This document shows positions 18,787 through 27,925 of a stretch of DNA of 64,000 nt, piece after piece. Within the stretch, counting starts at the first letter, position 1, and each line of letters opens with the position of its first letter. The stretch comes from Bacteriovoracia bacterium (GTDB lineage Bacteria; Bdellovibrionota; UBA1018; JBFWNL01): positions 75,344 to 139,343 of the forward strand of contig JBFWNL010000009.1 in the NCBI GenBank assembly GCA_050251055.1, written 5' to 3'. The notes under the pieces were generated by a model that ran no database searches, had not been told where the DNA came from, and saw only the letters and a list, made by a program, of their open reading frames with translations. A program made the translations under genes and the position numbers.

Positions 18787-18809
18787 ATAATGAGAACGCT
18801 TCTCATTAT
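18787..18809. promoter_or_regulatory. Fur-box-like operator
   Basis: Perfect palindrome ATAATGAGAA-CGC-TTCTCATTAT, ending at the ATG of the downstream gene. Confidence 0.7.
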
Positions 18810-19359
18810 GACAAAACGAAGACAACAGATCGCTTGGGCACCCTATATTGGGCTCCTCGTGATGTCCTTCATCGGTTTCGGAATACCTAGCTTGGCGCAC
18901 GAAGGCGGACACGGCGTGAAGGTCCCCGGCCAAGGCCCGCACGGCGGCAAAATGTCCGCGGTGATATCAGCGGCCGATTCCGAAAAGGGTTCCGCCGCCC
19001 CGACCCAAGGCGTGGCCGAGTGGAAACAGCAGGGTCCAGAGATCGAAGTTCACCTCTGGGATAAGTCACCGATGGCGGGCAAACCCGCCGCCGTGAGCGT
19101 TCCGGTGGCGGATGGCGCGAAGTCCGAGTTAAAGTGGATCGTGCTTTACGGAAACCACGGAGAAAAAAAACCGGCACGCAAGCCGTTAGTGGTGAAGTCG
19201 GAACTTGTCGCGACTGCCGCGACCTTTAAGCACGCGTTCACCCCCGAAGAGCTAACGGGCGCCCAGACGATCGAAGTGATCTTGCCGGCCTTCGGCTCGA
19301 TCACCCAAAAGCACGTTTTCGAAATGAGTTTAGGCATCCCCAAAGGATCGAGAAAGTGA
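18808..19359 (+). CDS. Secreted His-rich hypothetical protein
   Basis: Signal peptide from ATG 18808 (MTKRRQQ...SLA); mature HEGGHG...GPHGG. Confidence 0.7.
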   Translation: MTKRRQQIAWAPYIGLLVMSFIGFGIPSLAHEGGHGVKVPGQGPHGGKMSAVISAADSEKGSAAPTQGVAEWKQQGPEIEVHLWDKSPMAGKPAAVSVPVADGAKSELKWIVLYGNHGEKKPARKPLVVKSELVATAATFKHAFTPEELTGAQTIEVILPAFGSITQKHVFEMSLGIPKGSRK

Positions 19360-19373
19360 AAGGAAAAATAAAA

Positions 19374-19958
19374 ATGAACCCACTGAAAGCTCTCTCCTCA
19401 TCTTTATGTTTGGCCGCGGTTTTGACGTTTTCGAGCGCCGCTTACGCGCATGACGAACACAAGGCCGGCACCATTACCGGCGCTGGCATCCAGCTTTTTG
19501 AACGCGACCACGGCTTCGCCGGCCACGTCCTGGATCGCCCCGTCTTCGGCGCGTTCGAGCACGAACCCTTCGGCGCGAAGGTGCAAATCCGCAAAGGCGA
19601 GAAAATCATCGCCCTGGAACTCGTCTCCAACGACAGCCAATATGCGGGCGTTTTGAGCGAAGTCCGGGAAGACGAAAAGACCGGCGGCAAGCTCACCGTG
19701 GAAACCAAGGTTGAGTTCGTCAAGGTAAAGAAAACCGGCGAAGCCGAGGGCATGATCACGCTGAAGCTCGACGGCGCCGAAGTCACCGTGCAAGTCACTG
19801 GTAAAACCTTCGCCAATGGCCACTTCCAAGCCCCGAGCTTCAAGACCACGCTGAACGGCAAGGAAGTCTCCTTCGCTTTCACCGGCGAAGCGTGCTTCGG
19901 CTACTCATCGAACCTCTCCATGATGATCCTGGGCGCCTACGCCCACCTGCAGAAGTAA
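19374..19958 (+). CDS. Secreted hypothetical protein, mature N-terminus HDEH
   Basis: AGGA RBS, ATG 19374, signal peptide ending AYA then HDEHK. Confidence 0.75.
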   Translation: MNPLKALSSSLCLAAVLTFSSAAYAHDEHKAGTITGAGIQLFERDHGFAGHVLDRPVFGAFEHEPFGAKVQIRKGEKIIALELVSNDSQYAGVLSEVREDEKTGGKLTVETKVEFVKVKKTGEAEGMITLKLDGAEVTVQVTGKTFANGHFQAPSFKTTLNGKEVSFAFTGEACFGYSSNLSMMILGAYAHLQK

Positions 19959-19978
19959 TTTAGGTCCATATAAAACGG

Positions 19979-20014
19979 CGAAGGCCGCGACTGAGAACTC
20001 AGTCGCGGCCTTCG
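19979..20014. terminator. Strong hairpin between convergent genes
   Basis: CGAAGGCCGCGACTGAG-AA-CTCAGTCGCGGCCTTCG, 17-bp perfect inverted repeat. Confidence 0.75.
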
Positions 20015-20055
20015 TGCTTCTAACCCCACCTTATACTAGGTAAATCTGCTTAATC

Positions 20056-20325
20056 TTATTGCTTCAAATCGGAGAGCTCCTGGCTCTTATAGAGAAGTTG
20101 TTGGGCCTCTACGAATTTGCCGGCCATCACGGCCTCGACGGCTTCCTGAGAGTAGCCTTGCTCCATTAGGAAGGCGGCCATGTTCTGGACGGCTTCGGCT
20201 TCCGCTTCGCTGCCATCTAAAATCATTCCACGGGGGCCGCCACCATGCCCGGTTCCTTCCGCACCAAACGCAGACACGGAAAGCATCAAGAAACCCAGGG
20301 CTAAAAATGAGGACACGTACTTCAT
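20056..20325 (-). CDS. Small secreted protein with Gly-rich mature N-terminus
   Basis: Signal peptide ...SAFG/A then EGTGHGGGP; AGGA RBS. Confidence 0.7.
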   Translation of the reverse strand: MKYVSSFLALGFLMLSVSAFGAEGTGHGGGPRGMILDGSEAEAEAVQNMAAFLMEQGYSQEAVEAVMAGKFVEAQQLLYKSQELSDLKQ

Positions 20326-20454
20326 TCAATCCTGCCTTGTTTGAGTTTCTTAAATTTTAACGAGTATTTGACTATTTTTATATGTTAATAAATCATGACC
20401 TTTCAAAAAAAAATCATTTAATTTCAATTAGTTAAAAACAGAGAATGTTAATAG

Positions 20455-23400
20455 TTAAATATTATGAACGATTTTATAGTGAGTATTGCGACCTCGGCCA
20501 ATCGGCGCGATCAGCCTCATTGAAACTAATGAACGCAACTCACGCTTGCATAGCGTCGGGCTGACTTTGAGTGCCTGTTCGATGGTGGCCCGGTGAATCC
20601 GTCCGTTGTTTTCCAAATACTTGATGATCCAATCCTGCCGCTCCGTCAGCACGCTGGGACCGTCGGCAAAATTCGTAGCGATGCCATACCTCACGTCGGC
20701 ATTGACCGAGTATTTATGCCCATGACTTTCCACAACGGAGTAACCGGAGATCGACTTCATCAGCGAACGAACGCGTTTTACTGATGTGTAAATACGGGCA
20801 TCGTGTACGAGTGGGTTGTACTTTTCGTGCCAAACATGAAGAGCAAGCTCTTCCTTTGAAAAAGCCTCCTGCGGATGCCGCAATAAAAACTGAAGCAAAT
20901 TATAAATAATCGGCTTTGCTCCCAGCGGGACCGTTTTATCTCCCGAAGACGCGGTTCTATCTTCTTCTCTAAGCAATAACTCGTATTCTCGACTCTTAAC
21001 CTTTTGATCCAGTTCACTACGGTTATAAATAAAGTTCTTGCCTCGAGAGTAGACTTGAACCTTTTCCGGATTCTTCAATCCCAGCAGGGCATAAAGTGCG
21101 TCATAGTATTTCTGATCCTGCTCAGTGGGCTCGATTCCGAATGTGACAAATTCCGGAAAATAAACCCTCGACACTTTTCGGACGAGGTAACTCAGCTTGC
21201 TTCCGTCAGGAATTTTCGCGAGCCAGGCTTTTGCCTGGGTATTTGATTGCCGGCGCAAAGCCACGGCCGCCAAACCGATCCAGTAAAGGTTTAGATCCTC
21301 CACAAAGAAGACCCTTTCCATGAGAGCGCGATTCGACAGCAGCCGTCGCTCTGCGGCGTCGACCCTGCCCAAAGCCAAGTCGATTAACGCCAAAAAACAA
21401 GTCGATCGAATCTGCCAGACGAAGTAGGATCGCCGCGACGCATTCTCGTTACAATGGATCAAGCTAGCTTCCGCTTGTTTTAACTGTCCTCCTAGAATTT
21501 CCCATACGCCACGAAAGAACCGATACTGAATAGAAATGTAGCCCGCTTGAGACACCCCGGGCCACGCCGGCAACTGCTTTAGCAGTTCCCCAATTTTAGG
21601 GCGCATCGAGAATCGGTAATACGCCTCCAAAGCCATCAAACCCACGGTCGGCCGTTCAAAAAGGCTTAACTGGTCTAAAACTTCGGGGGCTACGGCCTTA
21701 TCGAGGAGCTTAAAATCCCCTAAAAACAAAGCCTCGGCGATATTGATAAGGGCTACCGAAAAAGCCCGTCTAGAGGGAGAGTTCTGAATTTCGGATACCA
21801 AGAGCCTCTTACGGGCTAGCTCCAAAGCCAAACCGTAGTCTGACATGCGAAAGTAACAACTAATTACGTTCTGCATGGAAAGGTCTTCAGGGGTTGTAAT
21901 CATCGGATACTGAATGCCTTCCACCTGGTGAGAGACCTGGTCCTTCGCCTCCGTCAAAAGCCCTTGATTGAAATAGTCGTTGCTTCGGTAAATACGGCAA
22001 TAAGCCAAGAATCCTCTATACGAATGCCTTTGGCACTCCGTCTCCGCCGCCTGCACCTCCTTGCGAAATTCATCTAGATTTCCGACGAAAAACAATGCGT
22101 TCACGAGGTTCAGCCTGGCCTTCACCACGTCATAGTGCTTCCCTGCGAGCGAATAGTTCGCCAAGGATTCCTGGAAGTCGCTTACACTCTCGAAGGTTCG
22201 CCCGGCACGAAACTTTGAATACCCTTCCCCGAAAAGAATATCGGCATTCAGCAAAGCCCGCTCGGGGTCATTGCCGGGAATCAGCCTCCTGGCCTCATTA
22301 AAACAATCCAGCGCTTTTTCTGCGTCAAAAACTGAATAAACCAATCCTCGCTCAGTAAATACTCGAGCGAGATACATCCCCCCATCCCCAAGGCCGGCGG
22401 CTCCTTCCTCAAGGTCAGATAATACTTTGAGCGAAGAATCTGAGTCCCCACGCCGATCAAGACTCCTCGCCAAAAATAAGTCCAACTCAAATCTAGAAGC
22501 ATCCTCCCAGTTTACGATTCTACCTTTCAAATCCGAACACTCTTCCACGATCTCGGCATAAGCTCCCGCCGCGTACATCAACCTCAACCGAATCAACGCA
22601 CTCTCCGGCGCCAAATGCCCCCGCAGCGCCGCGCTTAACTCCAAGCAAACCACCGATTCGCCTTGCGCCACCATCGTCGGCGCGATTTTCGAGAAAAGCG
22701 CCGCGGCTTCCGGAATTTTTCCGAGCTTGATCATTTGCCAAAGCTTCTCTTTTAATCCAGCCTCGCCACCGCCCACATCGGACAGGATCTCCTCGCGCAA
22801 CGTTTTTTCTTGTCCGCCTTCGATCCGGCGCAACGTCCACGCCAAAAAATCCGGCGCGATCTCCAGGCGCCCCCCTGCTTTACGAACTAAGTCATGTGCA
22901 TTCAGGGATCGAAATACATCGGAAGTAAGCAGGGCCGCGAGACTCGAGGCGAATTCCTGCTCAAAACGCACGAGACCGATCCGACGCACGTCTTGCCAGG
23001 CTCCGCGATCCCAACGCGCGGTAATCTTCTCGAACGCGCGCTCGCGCACATTTACAAGCACGTCATTCAACTCACCCACGGTCAGCACCTTCCCTTCGAG
23101 GGAAGAGGCCGCAAGCGCCATTTTGATTTGTTGCGGATTGCCCTGCGTCTGGGTGAGTAACGCCCCCGCGAGCACGCGGGCGTCGGCGCCGAGCGCGCCC
23201 TGGCTCGCGTTCACGAGCTGCTCGATCTGCGCTACGTTCAATCCCAAGTGCCGGTAAGTGAAAAGGTCGAATAGCACGTTGAGCTCGAGATTGGGCACCG
23301 ACTTCGCGGTGGCGATTAATCGCGCGGAACGCAGTCGCGAATGCAAGAACTCAACGAACACTTCCCAGTCGCGCACCTGATCGATGTCATCAATAAAGAC

Positions 23401-23709
23401 CACGGCCCGGTTACGCTCAAGGTGCTCAATGACGGCGTCTTGCAACCGCGTGAGCTCCGTCAGCTTCTGCCACCCCCGCAGAGACACCGCCTCTGCCAAG
23501 CGGCGAAACATGGCGGCGGGTTCGGGCTGATCGGAAACCGAGAGCTGAACACGCGGACCGGCTCCGAGCGACGCCGAACCCGGAGCCTCCAAAATCTGCC
23601 TCAGTAAGACGGACTTACCCGAGCCACTAGGCCCATAAAGAAGGGCGATTCGACGGCTTTCCCAGCCTCGATTTATGGTTTCGATGACTTCGGTGAGTAC
23701 TATCTGCAT
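20455..23709 (-). CDS. STAND-type (MalT/AfsR-like) regulator: NTPase + TPR + OmpR/PhoB-type wHTH + terminal HTH
   Basis: Walker A GPSGSGKS, Walker B VVFIDD, GNP motif, TPR-like helices, AFSKEELALHVW...IYTSVKRVR wHTH, LTERQDWII...G.GRNTHY. Confidence 0.8.
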   Translation of the reverse strand: MQIVLTEVIETINRGWESRRIALLYGPSGSGKSVLLRQILEAPGSASLGAGPRVQLSVSDQPEPAAMFRRLAEAVSLRGWQKLTELTRLQDAVIEHLERNRAVVFIDDIDQVRDWEVFVEFLHSRLRSARLIATAKSVPNLELNVLFDLFTYRHLGLNVAQIEQLVNASQGALGADARVLAGALLTQTQGNPQQIKMALAASSLEGKVLTVGELNDVLVNVRERAFEKITARWDRGAWQDVRRIGLVRFEQEFASSLAALLTSDVFRSLNAHDLVRKAGGRLEIAPDFLAWTLRRIEGGQEKTLREEILSDVGGGEAGLKEKLWQMIKLGKIPEAAALFSKIAPTMVAQGESVVCLELSAALRGHLAPESALIRLRLMYAAGAYAEIVEECSDLKGRIVNWEDASRFELDLFLARSLDRRGDSDSSLKVLSDLEEGAAGLGDGGMYLARVFTERGLVYSVFDAEKALDCFNEARRLIPGNDPERALLNADILFGEGYSKFRAGRTFESVSDFQESLANYSLAGKHYDVVKARLNLVNALFFVGNLDEFRKEVQAAETECQRHSYRGFLAYCRIYRSNDYFNQGLLTEAKDQVSHQVEGIQYPMITTPEDLSMQNVISCYFRMSDYGLALELARKRLLVSEIQNSPSRRAFSVALINIAEALFLGDFKLLDKAVAPEVLDQLSLFERPTVGLMALEAYYRFSMRPKIGELLKQLPAWPGVSQAGYISIQYRFFRGVWEILGGQLKQAEASLIHCNENASRRSYFVWQIRSTCFLALIDLALGRVDAAERRLLSNRALMERVFFVEDLNLYWIGLAAVALRRQSNTQAKAWLAKIPDGSKLSYLVRKVSRVYFPEFVTFGIEPTEQDQKYYDALYALLGLKNPEKVQVYSRGKNFIYNRSELDQKVKSREYELLLREEDRTASSGDKTVPLGAKPIIYNLLQFLLRHPQEAFSKEELALHVWHEKYNPLVHDARIYTSVKRVRSLMKSISGYSVVESHGHKYSVNADVRYGIATNFADGPSVLTERQDWIIKYLENNGRIHRATIEQALKVSPTLCKRELRSLVSMRLIAPIGRGRNTHYKIVHNI

Positions 23710-23937
23710 TTTAAATGGTTCTAATCGGACACATTTATAAAAACTCTATTTTATATCTATTTGTAATTACTAAATAAATAATAGCACAGCACAGCATTAA
23801 AAATCAAAAAATATAAAATAATTAATAATATTATATATTTATAAATTATATCATTGTCATTTCAAGTCAGTTCAAAAATGACACACCCCAGCGTATTTAC
23901 TCCTTGCAGCGAATGACGCTGTTTTTTGGAGGTTCAA

Positions 23938-24609
23938 ATGCAAGTGGTCGATATCAAGCAATCCGAAGCCCTCACCCTGCCCCGCCGGGCCGAAAAGACC
24001 GGAGTACGATTCGAGCAGGTGCAAGATCCCGAACGCCGTGACCAGTGCTATCGCCTACGTTACGACGTTTTCGTGGAAGAGCAGGGACTCACCACCAGCG
24101 CCAACTCAACCTTTCGGATCCTGGCCGACGAGCTAGATGAAAGCGCGGTCTTACTGGGCGCTTTCGATGGCGACGAAGCGGTGGCCACGAGCCGTATCAA
24201 CTATACTGACCACGAACGCTCGCCTTACCGTGCCCTGTACGACTTGGACGAGCAGGAGGCCGCGCTCCCGGGACGCGTTTCGGTGATCTCGAAGTTAGTG
24301 ATTGCCACTAGCCACCGCCATAGCTCCGTGTTCCTCCGCTTCTGCCGCTACATGTATCGGCAACAGCTGGAACGAAATATCGCCCACTGCTTCGTGGGCT
24401 GCGCTCCCGCGCTCGCAGGCCTCTACGCAAAGCTGGGCTTCCGTCCTTACAAAGCCGCCATCGACGTCGAAGGCTTCGGACCCATCCAGCCCATGCTCCT
24501 CGACGTTTTCAACGAGGCGTACCTGAATGAAATTCGCTCTCCCCTGCTCCCCATCTTGAAAGTTCTCAAAAACACCGGTTCGGTAACGAAAGGAAATGAA
24601 AATGAGTAA
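23938..24609 (+). CDS. GNAT-fold N-acyltransferase (FeeM/N-acyl amino acid synthase or LuxI-like)
   Basis: GGAGG RBS before ATG 23938; YRLRYDVFVEE, DELD, ATSRIN, ISKLVI...HR, LYAKLGF. Confidence 0.75.
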   Translation: MQVVDIKQSEALTLPRRAEKTGVRFEQVQDPERRDQCYRLRYDVFVEEQGLTTSANSTFRILADELDESAVLLGAFDGDEAVATSRINYTDHERSPYRALYDLDEQEAALPGRVSVISKLVIATSHRHSSVFLRFCRYMYRQQLERNIAHCFVGCAPALAGLYAKLGFRPYKAAIDVEGFGPIQPMLLDVFNEAYLNEIRSPLLPILKVLKNTGSVTKGNENE

Positions 24610-25351
24610 GCTAGAAATCATCAAGTCGGAATGGCAGAAGGCCATGCAAGAAATGTCCGCGAGCCCAGGCTTCCGGAAACTATTGAATGGCGAAATGACA
24701 ATCGAGCATTATCAGGCAATCCTGCGCCAGATCTTCCATCAGGTACGCGAACACCCCCAAGCGCTCGCTCTCATGACGGTAAACTTGCGGGGCCGCCAAC
24801 GCCAGATGGTAAAAGGTTTGCTTCGGCATTCGCTTTCGGAAGTGGGACATGACCAGCTCGCGCTCAATGACTTGAAGGCGATGGGCGTCGACACCTTCCG
24901 CATCCCCTTCGAGCGGCCGCTACCGTCAACTTCGGCGATCTTGGGCTTTATGTACTACCTGCTCGAGCATCAAAACCCGCTAAGCTTCCTAGGTTACCTT
25001 TTTCACCTGGAATTCATGCCCACTTCGGCGGGCGAACTCTACGCCCAGGCACTCGCACGCGCGGGCGTAAAGCCAAATCAAATGACGTTCCTGAACGACC
25101 ATGCCGAGGTAGACGTGCATCACAATAAGCTCATGGCCCAGTACGTGGATGAGTTGGTACTCACCGAAGACGACTTAGAATCGGTGATCTACGCCGCGAA
25201 AGCCACCGCCCAGCTGTATGGCCGCATGATCACCGAAGCCATGGAGTCGGTGGACCAAGCCACTAGTTATGGACTTTCTCGGGCCGAGCTCGTCGGGCAC
25301 CCCGTGAGCCACCCCGTAACTCAGCCGGTCGCCGCCGTCGGCACGGCTTAG
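24596..25351 (+). CDS. Haem-oxygenase-like diiron (HDO; TenA/PqqC/CADD-like) redox enzyme
   Basis: H...EVGHDQLA..DL, GYLFHLEF and FL..HAEVDVHH diiron ligand pattern. Confidence 0.85.
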   Translation: MKMSKLEIIKSEWQKAMQEMSASPGFRKLLNGEMTIEHYQAILRQIFHQVREHPQALALMTVNLRGRQRQMVKGLLRHSLSEVGHDQLALNDLKAMGVDTFRIPFERPLPSTSAILGFMYYLLEHQNPLSFLGYLFHLEFMPTSAGELYAQALARAGVKPNQMTFLNDHAEVDVHHNKLMAQYVDELVLTEDDLESVIYAAKATAQLYGRMITEAMESVDQATSYGLSRAELVGHPVSHPVTQPVAAVGTA

Positions 25352-27084
25352 GCCGCGCGTTTGCGACGAGACCGCACCATCAGCGGCAATGAAGACACGC
25401 GCTTGGACCAGATCAGCTCGTTGAGATTGCCCGCCACCCGATCGTCCGGGCAAATGGCCAGCGCTTCCTCGAAATGACGGGCGGCCTGCTTGGGCCGCCC
25501 CGCCTCGAGAGCGGCAATGCCCGCCTCGAAAACCCGACGGGAACGGCTTAGGCGCTCCTGCAGGAACGGCCCTTCGGCCGCGTAAGCGTGATAAAACGAT
25601 ACGGGCTCGGACTTCCCCTTGAGCACGGCATGGCCGAGCCACCGGATGTTGGCGCGCGACTCTTCGCCTAGTTCCCGATAGGTCTCCTCACTGAGCAAGA
25701 TCGTCGCGCCCATCTGCTTGGTCAGGCCCTCGAGCCGAGAGGCGGTATTCACGCAGTCGGAGATAACGGTGCCTCGCATCTGCTGCACGTTCCCGATCGT
25801 GCCCAGGATCACCCTCCCGGTGTTCAGGCCCAGGCCGATGCGAATCGTTTCGTATCCCGATTGGGCTCGGTGCTGATTGTAGACATCGAGCTGCTGGGAC
25901 ATCTCGACGGCGGCTCGCATGGCATCCTGCGCGGAACCAGGGAAGATCGCGATGATGCCGTCGCCGATGAAGTTGTCGATGAATCCGCCGTGCTTGCGAA
26001 TGATCGGGGAAACCCGGCCCAAGTAGGAGTTTAGGAAATTGAATGTTTCCTGGGGGCTCAATCCTTCCGAAATTCGCGTAAAATCCCGCACGTCGGAAAA
26101 AAGCACGGTCATGCGCCGTTCGATGAAATCACCCAGCTGGATGTCCAAGATGCTCTGCTTGTTGAGCAGCTTCAATAGCTCCCAGGGTACGAAGCGGCTG
26201 TAAGAATCGGCGAGCTTGACGGACTTTTCCTTGGCCGCGAACACCTCGTGATACCGACGATCCATGCGCGAAAGCGCGTCCAGGCTTTGCTTCACGCTGC
26301 GCTTAAGACGCAGATGCCGCGCCCAGAAATTCATCGATATGCCCGCGAACGCGAACACTCCGGCGCTTAGCACCGAGAGCAGCCAAGAACCCGACTGGCG
26401 GTAAGCGAACCACGCCGCCAAGCCCGCCAGCGGCGGCACCAGTAAAAACGAGGCCGTTTGCCAATAGGGCGCGTGCGACTCGAACTGGATACGCATGCGG
26501 TAGCTAGCTCCGCGGGTTTCATCCTCCGTTAGGTCCGAATCGATTCGCGCGGGGGCCAAATTCTGGATCGTGGGCAGCGCCGTGTAGTAGCCAATGGTGT
26601 TTTCCAGCGCATATTGAAGCGCGCGCTTCGCGGTCTCACGATCAATCGATCCCGCCATCTGCGGATTCACCTGGAAGCGCAGTTCGATGTGATTGCGGCC
26701 GAAGCTCAGCACGGAAACCTCGGTCACTTTGCTGAACATAGCGGTGAAAACCGGGATCTGCTTATAAATACTCTTCAGCGGGATGACGTACTTCACGAGG
26801 AGATACAGTGAGCGCCCCACTAACTCTTCGGAGATCGAAACTTCTCCCGCGCGGTAGGTAAAATCGCGCAGCTTCGTTTCCTGAATACAAAGCTCGGTGA
26901 AACGTACGGCGAAACCCGCCGACACCCAGTTCTCGCCGTTCTCGATGTACTCCAAAGGAAGTCCGGCGCGGCGGCAGAGCGCTGCCAGATCGATCTCGGG
27001 ACAATTACGCTGGAGGTAATAGAGGTACCCCCGAAAGATCTTCGTGCTGTAGTGCTGCTGGGTAAGGTCCAGCTCGGATTCCAT
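25348..27084 (-). CDS. Class III adenylate cyclase with N-terminal sensor domain and 2 TM helices
   Basis: TVLFSDVRDFT, FIDNFIGDGIIAIF, IGLGLNTG..ILGTIG, TVISDCVNTASRLEGLTK; TPR-like tail. Confidence 0.9.
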   Translation of the reverse strand: MESELDLTQQHYSTKIFRGYLYYLQRNCPEIDLAALCRRAGLPLEYIENGENWVSAGFAVRFTELCIQETKLRDFTYRAGEVSISEELVGRSLYLLVKYVIPLKSIYKQIPVFTAMFSKVTEVSVLSFGRNHIELRFQVNPQMAGSIDRETAKRALQYALENTIGYYTALPTIQNLAPARIDSDLTEDETRGASYRMRIQFESHAPYWQTASFLLVPPLAGLAAWFAYRQSGSWLLSVLSAGVFAFAGISMNFWARHLRLKRSVKQSLDALSRMDRRYHEVFAAKEKSVKLADSYSRFVPWELLKLLNKQSILDIQLGDFIERRMTVLFSDVRDFTRISEGLSPQETFNFLNSYLGRVSPIIRKHGGFIDNFIGDGIIAIFPGSAQDAMRAAVEMSQQLDVYNQHRAQSGYETIRIGLGLNTGRVILGTIGNVQQMRGTVISDCVNTASRLEGLTKQMGATILLSEETYRELGEESRANIRWLGHAVLKGKSEPVSFYHAYAAEGPFLQERLSRSRRVFEAGIAALEAGRPKQAARHFEEALAICPDDRVAGNLNELIWSKRVSSLPLMVRSRRKRAA

Positions 27085-27173
27085 CGCTTATCTGATCGGA
27101 TTAAACCCGCGCGGGATCAACCTATCAAATTTTTGACGTTGTCCTGGCGCCAAATCCTCAGAGCACATAAACT

Positions 27174-27830
27174 ATGCGCATGGGACTTCCCGCTACCCGC
27201 CTCCCGCCAGTCGTGGCCGCCATAATGGCCTTGATCTTGACGCCCCTGGCGAACGCCCACCCCGTTGCTTATCCAGGCGCTATCGGCGTCATGACCTGGA
27301 ATCAATCCTATCTCGCCGATCATTGGCTTACCTATAGCTTCAGCCACCGGTTCGCCGTAGCTGCACGCTACATGCGCATGACCATGCGAGATGGAGAATT
27401 CCGCGGCTACCTCGCCCAGGCAGATTGGCTTTTACAGCGCTGGAACGGCGAGAATCTACAGGCCAATGTCTATCTCTTCGCCGGCGGCGGAGGAATGCAC
27501 TTCGACGGTCGAAATGGAGCCTGGGGCCTGACCGGCTTGGAGATAGACGCCGAAAGCCGCAGCCTCTTTGGCTTGGCGAAATATGAAGGAGGATTTCCTT
27601 CGCATGGGCAGCAGTTTCACCATGGCGAATTTTGCGTTGGAGTCGCCCCGTACGAGGCTGAATTCGACGAACTCGCCGCGTGGTTCATGCTTCACTTTCA
27701 GTACCACCCGCTGCTCGTCCGCAACTATGCCCTCACCCCGATGGCGCGTTTCTATTACAAGAATGTGCTTTGGGAGACGGGAGTAAGTTTCGATGGGGAT
27801 TGGATGCTAAACCTCATGTTTCATTTTTAG
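27174..27830 (+). CDS. Hypothetical exported protein, probable outer-membrane beta-barrel
   Basis: Signal peptide ending ANA/HPVAY; alternating aromatic beta strands; terminal Phe. Confidence 0.65.
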   Translation: MRMGLPATRLPPVVAAIMALILTPLANAHPVAYPGAIGVMTWNQSYLADHWLTYSFSHRFAVAARYMRMTMRDGEFRGYLAQADWLLQRWNGENLQANVYLFAGGGGMHFDGRNGAWGLTGLEIDAESRSLFGLAKYEGGFPSHGQQFHHGEFCVGVAPYEAEFDELAAWFMLHFQYHPLLVRNYALTPMARFYYKNVLWETGVSFDGDWMLNLMFHF

Positions 27831-27925
27831 CCGTCATAAGTATTTGATATTACTTAATTTAAAAAAGAACCCACCTTAACCATTTACCACGCAAAGCATC
27901 ATACAATAAAGGGAACGGGGGCTTT

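Noticed and set aside
20455-23709. STAND protein as an Avs-type antiphage system
   Set aside because: No N-terminal effector domain; C-terminal DNA-binding domains point to a transcriptional regulator.
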